A stretch of DNA of 63,863 nt, counting the filler, from Saprolegnia diclina VS20 (Eukaryota): NCBI RefSeq assembly GCF_000281045.1. It is 8 parts of 5 records of this genome, joined end to end, with 100 filler letters (N's around TTAATTAATTAA, not from the genome) between each part and the next. Parts side by side here need not be neighbours in the genome. Positions count along the whole stretch, not along the records: positions 20,266 to 45,967 come from NW_008246118.1; 7 more parts are not named here. One strand, 5' to 3'. Below the pieces are notes generated by a model. It searched no databases. It saw only the letters and a list, made by a program, of their open reading frames with translations, and had not been told where the DNA came from. Both the position numbers and the translations under genes were made by a program. Position 1 is the stretch's first letter. Every line of letters starts with the position of its first letter. Below are positions 21,061 to 30,741 of this stretch, piece by piece.

Positions 21061-21231
21061 CGCCAAGACCCAACGGCTTTAGCCTGGATCTCGACGCTTC
21101 GTAACGTGCTGTCGCCATCAATGCGAGCTCCGTCGATGGCTCGTGGCAGAACGCAAGCGAGACAGACATGTAGCATGAGGTGCACGACAACAACATCATG
21201 CAATTCTTATCGACATTTGCAAAAAAAATAC

Positions 21232-22543
21232 TCACATGATGCTGCACTGGTCTTGGCCAGGCACTAATGTAGCATGACCACATGAGCGCTACATATTGGG
21301 CAGCAAGACAATAGGATATCGTACTTGGTGCGCCAGGGAGGCCGGCCATACCAGGAAACATACCGGGGCCCTAGTCGAGATGACGTTGGCGTGTGACGCA
21401 GCATCCGCACGGACGTACCATGTTGGGCATGATGGGCATGCCATCGTCGTCGAATTGAAGACCTGCAGAATCATATAGTCACTCTTGCATTTGATCCAAA
21501 GGCGAGTCGTACCGGGGGCAAGCTCCTTGACAATCTCAGACGGCGGCTGCCCACATTCTTGCATCTAAGCGGAATTCATTAGCCAGGATACCCATGGATA
21601 GAAGGGGATACCTCTTGCATGAGGTCCGAGAGACGCGTGTAGTTGTCGGGCTCCGTGTCGTAGACGGCCAAAATCTGTTGAAAGTACTGGTACTGCTTGC
21701 CGTAGCTATCGACGTCGATGAGGACCGATGGTCCAAATGAGAGGAGCCTACCGCGCATAGTCTTCCTTGGAGAGCATCGACTCCTTCTCTGCGAGCCATT
21801 CCGGGTACTAGATGCATCGATAAGTTGATTAGGCTTCATGCAAGCGTCGCGTACCTTGGCGCAGATTTGCTTCATCGGGTCGTACATAATGTCCTTGGAG
21901 AGAAGCTGGTGCATCATGCCATCGACGAGGCCCGTAAAGTCGTTCTTCTCGCCCATCTGCTCAAACTGGCGCATCATTTCCTGCATCATGGCTTCGCCCA
22001 TCTCTTCCGTCTTGTTCGTGTCGAGCCCCTCCATGTCCTCGGCGGCCTTGGCCATGCTCTACAGAATTCGCATGAGCGCTTTGCCAGCAATCGCCATGTA
22101 CCTGAAGGGTCTTGGCAACGCCAACGTCCACGTCGACGGGCCCGTCCGTCTTCATCTTCAAGCTCTTGAGCAGCGACTCGACCGACTCGCCGTCGCCTGC
22201 CGTCGCATCCGCGTTCATCTCGCGGAAGGCTTGCTCCAGCACGCTTTGGAACTCAGGGTTCTGCGCGTCCTCGAGGAACTTGGCCATGCTCTGCCGTCGT
22301 CATGAGCATCAGCGCATGTCCTATCGCAAGCGATGCGTACATCCTTGAGGTTCTCGACCTCGCGGTCCTGCGCGCCGGCCACCTGCGCCTGCGCTTCCTT
22401 CAGGACAACGTCAACTTCGGGCTCATCATCGTCGAAGTCTTCCAGAGCGTCTAGGTAGACGACGCATGAGCCCATGATGCTTGGCGACGAAGCGGCCGAC
22501 CGTCGAGGAGCGCGTCGAGGTCCACGTCGTTCGGGCCCGCCAT
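21232..22543 (-). CDS. PEX19: Peroxin 19 (multi-exon)
   Basis: N-terminal DLDALLD|DALEDF; MMHQLLSKDIMYDPMKQI..KYPEWL; YGKQY; LMQEMQECGQPPSEIVKELAPG; C-terminal CAAX box CSIM*; short GT-AG introns. Confidence 0.93.
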
Positions 22544-23611
22544 CCGAACCAAGAAGGAGGAAATGGGCCGAAATATCAAATCAAAATCCTGTCGTGTCAT
22601 CAAAATATCATATTTCGCAGGTTTATCCGGTATCGTACGGATACGCGACCTTTCGCGATCTTCCAGCGGTGGTTCCTCAACGTGGCAATGAGAGAGAACA
22701 TCCAGAGACCTTGACCATCCTGTGGTCCGTCACCGTCACGGTTGAAAGGTGCGTTCAGAAGGACTAACGCTTGCGCAATCGAGCAGCGGCGTGGGTAGAC
22801 CAAGGCAAAAGTGTTGACAGCTAGTGGCGACGGTTGAACTACATATTTCCTCAGGTAGTGAGAGACATTGTTGCTGCTGCGCTGCTCGAATGCTGCTCGA
22901 TGTCGGAGAAGAGTGCCAAAGCTTTGGAACTACGCAGTCGCCACGCTCACAGCATGCCATGGTATGAGGGTTGCATCTGGCGTGGGAGAGTTAACTAGTA
23001 CATGAATCTACGAGTAGATTGTCATGTACGAGAACGAGCAAACACTGTGCAGTGGTGATGACATGACGCATCGCCGGACAAGCTTGTTGCTCTCGCTGCT
23101 GTGATCCAGGCTCGGGCTCATGCAGCAGCAATTGCACTCCTCGGTCCACCATGCGTACGTGATCCTCTTAGTCAAGAAGGGGTGTTCATGTCGCCTTCTT
23201 TTAGTCTAGCAGTTTGGACCAGTTTGGACACTGGTTTACCACCAATTGGATCCGGATTCAAGTCCCGGAGACGGCCCACTCTCTGATTCGGTTGACTGAA
23301 ACAACACAGCTTCAAAGAAAGTGGAGCCCCAGACGCTGGGCACCATGCATATATCAGGACATCTGTGCTAAAACAACCAACGTTGGTGGAAGGCAACAGT
23401 GATGTACAGCTTGGCGTGCGGAGACGGGACACGGTACGTGCCCTCAATCGTGTTGACGTGTCAGACAGACGGCGTCCAATGTCCACGCCACACAAGAGTG
23501 GTCTCTGTCTTGGGTCATTTCTTATTGACCCTTGTCTCTGTCTGTCCGTGACGGTCAAGCAGCGAAGACACATCGCAAAGCCAAGCAACCCAAGGACGCC
23601 TCCATATCGAG

Positions 23612-24424
23612 ATGCATCGAAACGACGCGGCCGACCTGAACGATGCCGAGGCTGCAGAGGCGCTCACTGCTTTCGTCGAACTCATCGGCTTTGCGGACGA
23701 CAAGCGCCAGCCCCCTGTGGTCACGCAGCACGAAGGCCAGGTCGCGCTCAGCCTCGTAGCGACCGCCGGGCGACCTTGGCTCGATGCGTTTCCGACTAAG
23801 ACTGTCGCCGCGGCGTGCGACGAGTTCCTTGCACGCGCTTGTTCGTTCATCGCGCGCTGCCCAAAAGGACGCGAGCCGTCTCCGACCGATCCCGAGGCCT
23901 ACGTGCCCTCCATGATAACGCGCGCCAAGTTTCCCGCCTGCGATCACTGGCACTCCCTCGAGCCCATCGTCGACTTGTGTCGCTTCGTGGACGAGGAAGC
24001 AGCGGCCGTTGGCTCCGACCGCATGGCGGCCTTGGAGCTCCGGATGCAGTTGCTTGAAGAGAAAGCGGCGACCACAGCGCGCGAGACGGAAGCCCGCATC
24101 CAGGCAATCAGGAGCGCATGTCGGGACAATCATAGCTCCTTTTTCAGCCCAATTGAGCTCGAGCCTGTCCCTTACTTTTACGAAGGTGGGTCGATCGACC
24201 CTCTCGAGCACATGCAAGCCGTCAAGGGCCGCGCAAGCACGTACAACACAGCGGCAAGAACACGCATCGTCGTCTTCTGTGCGTCGCTCAAGCCCAACGA
24301 GCAGAGGTGGCTGCACCAAGTGATCGACGACCACAAATGGATCCCGACGGAATTCACCGACGAGAATTTTGCCGCGCTCGAGCCTCTCTTCTACAAGCGC
24401 TTTGGCTACTACCGGTACAGATAG
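23612..24424 (+). CDS. Hypothetical protein: coiled coil plus a retrotransposon Gag capsid N-lobe-like C-terminus
   Basis: 270-aa intact ORF; YEGGSIDPLEHMQAV...RIVVFCASLK...RWLHQV...FAALEPLFYKRF. Confidence 0.6.
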   Translation: MHRNDAADLNDAEAAEALTAFVELIGFADDKRQPPVVTQHEGQVALSLVATAGRPWLDAFPTKTVAAACDEFLARACSFIARCPKGREPSPTDPEAYVPSMITRAKFPACDHWHSLEPIVDLCRFVDEEAAAVGSDRMAALELRMQLLEEKAATTARETEARIQAIRSACRDNHSSFFSPIELEPVPYFYEGGSIDPLEHMQAVKGRASTYNTAARTRIVVFCASLKPNEQRWLHQVIDDHKWIPTEFTDENFAALEPLFYKRFGYYRYR

Positions 24425-25274
24425 TACGGGGCGAGACTGTCCAGTAGCTCCATGTCCAACAGTCCTCCTAGTCCCCCAACGTAAAGGCCCTTGAGAAAAT
24501 GCAGCTAGATAGACCATGGAGACTGCTTGGTTTTTACGTCACTCGTGGTTTCAGTTCCTCGTGCCAACGTGACAACTACAGAGAACATCCAGAGTGCCGC
24601 TGGGCCGTCGCCCTCGCGGTCGAAAGCTGTCGTTGGCAGTGTGTTGCGGACGACCAAAGCCTGCGTACTCCAGCAGTGTCGCGGGAAGGCCAAAGTCACA
24701 GATTTCCTTAGGAGTCCAGACTACCGTAGCTAAACGTAAACGGAGCAGCTTTCGCCTGGTTCACAGTGTTGAGTGAGACCTATTGACGCAATAAAATCCG
24801 AGAGGATAATCTAGTGTTTAAAGGATCATTCCAAAGTCGAACACGAGGTGGGCAACTAAACAGCGAAATGCCACCATTTTTGGCCATTTCTCGAGCTTTG
24901 TCCAAACGCAAGACCAATCACGGTCGGACATGCACCGATGCACTCGGTGTCTTCAGCATTATGCTCTCGACGGGTGGACTAGCACTATAATGCTTTGCGA
25001 CGCTAGGGTTGCACAGCCGAATGAAATCGAACTGGCGCAAGAGACGAGGCATCAAATAGGTCGCAGCGACTACTGGGTACGAGCTACGATACGTCAGTGC
25101 CTTGCCCGCACCAACGACTCATATATATTTGCACTCGGTCCTCATTCTGTGTGGGTACGCCAGCTCTTTGACGGCGAAGAGTCGTGCTGTTGTTTCTGTT
25201 GTTGCGCTGAAGCAAATGAACCTCCTCCACGTCGCTCACTTTGCAATTATCTTGTTCGCCCCAACACCAAGACC

Positions 25275-25547
25275 ATGAAGTTCACATCGACAGTCCTTCT
25301 TGCCCTCGCGGCTTCGGCTATCGCCATTACGTCGGGGTCGTCCTCCAGCGCCAACACCACCACTGAACCGACGACGTCGGGCTCGTCATCGCTCGCGAGC
25401 ACCATCGAGTCGTCGACGACAGAGCCGACGTCCTTGTCGTCCAACAGCAGCTCGGCCGTGGCAACCACGCAGCCGACCGCGACGTCGGATGCAATCGCAC
25501 TCGCCACCATGACGCTTCCCGCTGTCGTTGCCTGGGCGCTTCTCTAA
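25275..25547 (+). CDS. Small Ser/Thr-rich secreted protein, probably GPI-anchored
   Basis: Signal peptide MKFTSTVLLALAASAIA, S/T-rich core, hydrophobic C-terminus; INR-like GCTCACTTTGCAATT about 40 nt upstream. Confidence 0.8.
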   Translation: MKFTSTVLLALAASAIAITSGSSSSANTTTEPTTSGSSSLASTIESSTTEPTSLSSNSSSAVATTQPTATSDAIALATMTLPAVVAWALL

Positions 25548-25782
25548 AGCAATACTAGTATAAGAAATTGGCATGGAGCCGTGCATAATATTGATCGAGT
25601 TTCTTGTCATATCCACCTTCGATCGATCTTCAATTACTCTAATCAGTGACTTCTTCAGCCAGTAGTACACATCATGCCCTGTCTAGTCAGCTCAGCCCAA
25701 CTTCTCCTTCAGCCACATGTAAGGCAGGGCTCTCTACACACCAAGTGGGGGACCACCAGAACTAATTGGTCGACAACCTATG

Positions 25783-26063
25783 TTACGAAGGTCGGTCGGT
25801 CTATCCTGTTGAGCACATGCAAGCCATCAAGTCAAGGACACACCTCTTCGTCCTCTGTGCGTACTTTGCTCGTTGGGCTTGAGGGACGCACAGAGGACGA
25901 AGAGGTGTGTCCTCTGTGCGTCCCTCAAGCCCAACGAGCAAAGTGACTGCACAGTGTGATCGCCGACCACAAATGGACCTCGACGCAAATCGCCGGCGAG
26001 ACCATTGTTGTGCATGAGCCCCTCTTCTACAAGCGATTCGACGACGGTAGCTACTAGAGATAG
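25783..26063 (+). pseudogene. Degraded copy of the 3' part of 23612-24424
   Basis: EHMQAIK, ASLKPNEQ, VIADHKW and EPLFYKRF are recognisable; the copy has a stop codon and an inverted insertion. Confidence 0.8.
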
Positions 26064-26247
26064 TACGTCGCGAGACGGGCGAAGCGGCCGTTGCTCCGTG
26101 TCCTCCAGAGCTCTGGAAAAAGTGCAGCTACAGTAGCAAGGGTATATAATATCTACTGTCAAGGGTATCTCTTATATACCCTTGACAGTAGATAACCAAC
26201 ATCGAGTGCTCGGTATACATCACTCGTGGATTCAGTATTGTTGCGAA

Positions 26248-27003
26248 TTACGTGCTGTCTTCATTGAGGCCCACCGTGTACACGAGGGCGAGGCGGCCAT
26301 AGGTTGCTTGGTTGCTCCAGCCGCCGTACTCGGCGCGCAGGTGCAGCGAGACTTGGTTGCCCGGCGTCAAGAGCAAGCGGAGCACAGTCGGGTCCGTAAC
26401 GTATTGCATATGGTGGCGGTAGCTGCCCGACGCGCGCAAATTGCGGCAAGCTTCGCGACGCGGCAGCAGCACCATTCCGTCGGGCCCCGAGACCTGGAAC
26501 TCGGCCCAGCTGAAGCAGCCGTTGTACGACCCATTGAGCTCTGGCTCGTCCGTGGCCCAGCCCTGGTCATGCGACGTGCACTCGATGACAAGCGCCGTGC
26601 AGCGCAGAAACTCGAGCGCCCGGTGGTCCATGGTTGGCACGGTGAGGCGCAGGTACTCGACATCGGCTGGCGCGTACTCGTACTCCTCGGCCGTCGTTTC
26701 GGCGTCAAACACAAGTACAGACCCGGACGCGTCGAGGATCGCATTGACCACCGCTACTGGAAGGCCTCGGGACACGAGGTGCGCGCCAGCTTCGATGATA
26801 TCGCTGGGTGTCGTCGTGCTGCGCGTCGGCATGGTGGCGGCGACGGCCGGCGTGAGCTCTTGGACGTCGGTCAACTTGGCCGGATTGACGAGCCAGATGG
26901 TGTCGGTGGGCGCGGCCGCCGGCGCCTCGTCGGGCGGCTCGTCAACGTGCGTAAAGTCAAAGATGGGCGACGCGCCCGGCGGCGGAAGGTACTGCGACAG
27001 CAT
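26248..27003 (-). CDS. Uncharacterised 'SHDQGW' beta-sandwich protein with an F-box-like helix (copy A)
   Basis: GLPVAVVNAILDA; TSHDQGW; SYNGCFSWAEF; PGNQVSLHLRAEYGGWSN. Confidence 0.8.
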   Translation of the reverse strand: MLSQYLPPPGASPIFDFTHVDEPPDEAPAAAPTDTIWLVNPAKLTDVQELTPAVAATMPTRSTTTPSDIIEAGAHLVSRGLPVAVVNAILDASGSVLVFDAETTAEEYEYAPADVEYLRLTVPTMDHRALEFLRCTALVIECTSHDQGWATDEPELNGSYNGCFSWAEFQVSGPDGMVLLPRREACRNLRASGSYRHHMQYVTDPTVLRLLLTPGNQVSLHLRAEYGGWSNQATYGRLALVYTVGLNEDST

Positions 27004-27434
27004 TGGATTCTGCCTGCAGGAGCACGCTTTGTGGCAAGACTAGAAACACCCAAGATATGGGTTTAACGTGCGGGTTTTACTCCCAATCCGGATAACGATG
27101 GTATACCCCATTTAACTGCGACCGGATGCTGGCTTGTGAATCGCACTTTATCCGGATTGTGCATCAATCTTAGTTTGGAGGACGTACATTCTTCGCAGAA
27201 TCGCAGTCCCAGTGCTCAGTCCCAGGCGCAAAAGACCGTTGGGTCCACCCGCAATCTATGGAAGATGTGAGAGCTAACTGTGAGGGCCCTATTTGAAGGA
27301 GCTAGTCGAGTGCTTAGTAGGTACTAACTAGTAGTATGTGTTTTGTGGCCAAGTGGACCGCTCCCTGCGTGCATATTGACGAATGGACGACGGACTTGAT
27401 CAAATATAGGATAACCTATGGACGACTGACTAGC

Positions 27435-28202
27435 TTACATCAGTACACATACAGGTGACACTGAGGCGTCGACAGTCGACGCGTGCACGTGTGGCAGTCG
27501 GGTGAGCATCAACGCAGCGAGGATGGCCGGGGCGTCGACATCTTCGCGCAAGGCCACCGAGGCGACCACCGAGATGCGAGCGTACTGAATGTGGTTGCTC
27601 CAGCCGCCGTACTGCGCGCGCAGGCGCAGCGCAATCGAGGTACCGGGCGCGACGAGCGATAGCACGTCGTCCGCTGTGACGTACGTGAGGTGCCGGCGGT
27701 AGTGCTCGCACGCCCGAAAGTTGCTGCAGGACGTACGAATTAGGTTGTGGCCCAGCACGTCCTGCACTTGGTACTCGATCCAGCTGTGGCAGCCCACGTA
27801 CGAGTTGTTGAGCTCCGGTGCGTCCGAGGCCCAGCCTTGGTCGCGCGAGACAGTCTCGAGGATGATCGCGACGGGGCGCAGGATCTCGAGGCCGTCGCAG
27901 TCCATCGCTGGCACGTCGAGCCGCAAGCACTCTAGATTGAGCGGCGCGCGCCCGTAGAGCGTCGCATCCGACTCTTCTCGGCACTCGAGGACGGCGCCGG
28001 CGGCGTCGAGGATGGTGTTGACGAGGTCGACGGGCAGGCCCCACAGCACGAGAAGGCAGCCAATCTCGAGGACCTCGGGCGCGCTCTGGAGGTTGTTGAG
28101 ATGCATTTTAGCCGTCAGCGCTGGCGCCAGCGGCTGCACATGAGTTGCATCGTCGGGGTCGACGAGCCAAATTGGCAGGGACCGCGGCTCGCCGTAAAAC
28201 AT
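27435..28202 (-). CDS. Uncharacterised 'SHDQGW' protein (copy B)
   Basis: GLPVDLVNTILDA; VSRDQGW; SYVGCHSWIEY; PGTSIALRLRAQYGGWSNH; tandem paralog of copy A. Confidence 0.8.
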   Translation of the reverse strand: MFYGEPRSLPIWLVDPDDATHVQPLAPALTAKMHLNNLQSAPEVLEIGCLLVLWGLPVDLVNTILDAAGAVLECREESDATLYGRAPLNLECLRLDVPAMDCDGLEILRPVAIILETVSRDQGWASDAPELNNSYVGCHSWIEYQVQDVLGHNLIRTSCSNFRACEHYRRHLTYVTADDVLSLVAPGTSIALRLRAQYGGWSNHIQYARISVVASVALREDVDAPAILAALMLTRLPHVHASTVDASVSPVCVLM

Positions 28203-28821
28203 CCGATTTTTCTACTTAACACTAATCCATGGGCTTTCTCTCGGTTTTAAATAGTGTATGTTGTAGTTGGGGTTTGCTAGATCTTTAAAGGTCACGACGG
28301 AGAAGGAAGTGGACACGGTGGGATGTGCCACGTTCCGCCGTCGCTCGTGGCGCATCGTCGAAAGAAACCCTCGTTGTTCGATAAGAACACGAACACTCCG
28401 TCGATAGCATGACACGCAGTGGGCGTCTCTTCCTACTGGGCCTCGACCATGGTGATGAGCATACTAGCGGTGGGTTGAGTAGTACTACCAACATGAGATA
28501 CGTGCGAGTTCTACTTTAAGACCTTCTACTCTAAGACCTTATTCAATATATTGAGATTCGTGGATGCAGTCGTGTTCTTTTCGGCGAGGCTGTCCTGTTG
28601 GCGATTGATTTGTATCACGAGGGTTGGGTGCGGCCCATGATTGTTCCTCGACAGCCTATGGGTGACCGTTAGAAACGAATTCACTGATACTGGCGTGGAT
28701 CTGGTGACGCATCTTATATCGCATCTCACCATCGACACCGCCATCAACGACAACAAAAGCGGTTTTCACGCAATTAGTGTTGGCGCTTCGCGACGTGTTG
28801 CCATTTCACGTTTCGCCTCGG

Positions 28822-30354
28822 ATGACCGTCAGCAGCATCCGAGCCAATTCGACGGTGTCGCTCGTCATCGACGGGACATCCGTGGAGATGACGTGGCACG
28901 AGCTCACCGCGCTGCTCGCTACCAACGCGTGCGACGGCGACAGCTGCGCGTCGGACGTTGCGTCGGCCTCGAGCGTCGACAGCCTCTGGCTCTTATTTGG
29001 CGGCTGCATGGTGCTCCTCATGATCCTCGGCTTTGCGCTCTTAGAGGTCGGCTGCGTCCACGTCAAGAACACAAAGCACATCCTCTTCCGCAACATGATG
29101 GACCTCTGCATGACGGGCATGACGTTCTACGCGGTCGGGTACAGCTTTGCGTTTCTCGATGGCAACGCCTTCATTGGCACAACCGGCTTCTTCCTCCAAG
29201 GTGACGCCTTTGCAACGAGCGACGAGCTGCACTTCGAGGGCCACCAGTACGGCGACTGGTTCTTCCAGTGGGCCATCACGGCCGTGTGCGTCACGATCTT
29301 CTCTGGCGCCGTCGCCGAGCGCATCACGTGGCAAGCCTACGCGCTCTACTCGTCGCTCGTCGGCGCGTTCATCTACCCTATTGCAGCGCACTGGATATGG
29401 TCGGCCACGGGCTGGGCGAGCGTCACGAATGGCGAGCGTCTCTTTGGCGTCGGTGCGATCGACTTTGCCGGGTGCGCGGTCATTCACATGATTGGTGGCG
29501 CGTCTGCGCTTGTCGGATGCATTCTTGTCGGGCCACGCACCGGCCGCTTCCGCGCCAATGGCAGCCACGACGAGCTCCCCAAGCAGTCGGTGCTATATCA
29601 GAGCATGGGCACGCTCATCCTCTGGTTTGGCTGGTACGGCTTCAACTGCGTCTCGACGCTAACGCTGCGCGGCAACATGCCAGATGTGATGGCCAAAGTC
29701 GCAGTGAACCTCACGCTCGCTGCGTGCGCCGGCGGCCTCACCACCGTGCTTATCGACAAGCGCTTTGGCGCCAAGATCTGGGATCCGTGCATGGTCAACA
29801 ATGGCATTCTTGCCGGCTGTGTGTCCATCACAGGGTCGTGCTCGGTCATCGAACCCGAATGTGCAGTCGCGCTCGGCGTCCTTGCGTCTTTTGTGTACAT
29901 CAGTCTTTCACGCCTCCTCGTGCGCTGGCAGATCGACGACGTTGTCGACGCGATCCCTGTGCATTTGGGCTGCGGCACCCTCGGCGCCCTCGCTCCCGGC
30001 ATCTTTGCCTCTCGCAAAGGCATGAGCATGATGTACGACAGCCACTCGTGCGGCATCTTGTACCGCTGCGACGGCCACAGCGGCCACCAGCTCGCGGCCC
30101 AGGTCGTGTACGTCCTCGCAGTCTTTGCGTGGATCGTCGCCTTTTGCAGCGTCCTTTTTGGCGGACTCAAAGCGGTGGGCCTGCTCCGCGTCTCGGCGGC
30201 GGCCGAAGCTTCCGGGTTGGACGTTGCCGAGCACGGCGGCAGCGCATACCACACGGACCACGACGCGCCTCGTCACCAGCAGCGGTACTACAAAGTCGAC
30301 TCGATCGCGTCGTTGCGCGTGGACCCAGACGCTATTGCACTCTCGCCACCGTGA
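28822..30354 (+). CDS. AMT: Ammonium transporter (Amt family)
   Basis: GFALLEVG, FFQWA, IFSGAVAER, DFAGCAVIH (His 1), LWFGWYGFN, NGILAGCVSIT, IDDVVDAIPVH (His 2), GLD..EHG. INR CCATTTC at 28801 supports the start at 28822. Confidence 0.95.
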   Translation: MTVSSIRANSTVSLVIDGTSVEMTWHELTALLATNACDGDSCASDVASASSVDSLWLLFGGCMVLLMILGFALLEVGCVHVKNTKHILFRNMMDLCMTGMTFYAVGYSFAFLDGNAFIGTTGFFLQGDAFATSDELHFEGHQYGDWFFQWAITAVCVTIFSGAVAERITWQAYALYSSLVGAFIYPIAAHWIWSATGWASVTNGERLFGVGAIDFAGCAVIHMIGGASALVGCILVGPRTGRFRANGSHDELPKQSVLYQSMGTLILWFGWYGFNCVSTLTLRGNMPDVMAKVAVNLTLAACAGGLTTVLIDKRFGAKIWDPCMVNNGILAGCVSITGSCSVIEPECAVALGVLASFVYISLSRLLVRWQIDDVVDAIPVHLGCGTLGALAPGIFASRKGMSMMYDSHSCGILYRCDGHSGHQLAAQVVYVLAVFAWIVAFCSVLFGGLKAVGLLRVSAAAEASGLDVAEHGGSAYHTDHDAPRHQQRYYKVDSIASLRVDPDAIALSPP

Positions 30355-30741
30355 TCGTCACCCTGTCCTTGCAGTCTACACCCTTACCTAACCCCAAGTT
30401 ACTAGACTACAATGAGACTGTGGATCGTGCAGTTGTCGCGTTGGGAATGCTGTAGAGCTCGTCGAGGCCGGCATGCGAGATTTGACTGCGGGCAGCGCAT
30501 ATGAGTGTAGTAGAATGCCGTGATTGGTGTACCTATCGTGATTATCAACTTGATACCAGTGCGCCGCTGACTCGACCAATACGACACCGTGCTCCGTGGC
30601 TCGAACCCGCCCACGAACCAAGGTTGAGGACGCAAGTTAGTCACGCCACTGCAGAAAAGACATGTGTCGCCCCCGTAGCACCGGGGCTGCAAGGACTATG
30701 AAACAACATATTAATACTAGGACTAAAATAGAGTCGACAAC

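Noticed and set aside
28822..30354. Ammonium transporter as part of the GlcNAc cluster (NagB releases ammonia)
   Set aside because: It is separated by two artificial linkers and many unrelated genes; linkage is unproven.
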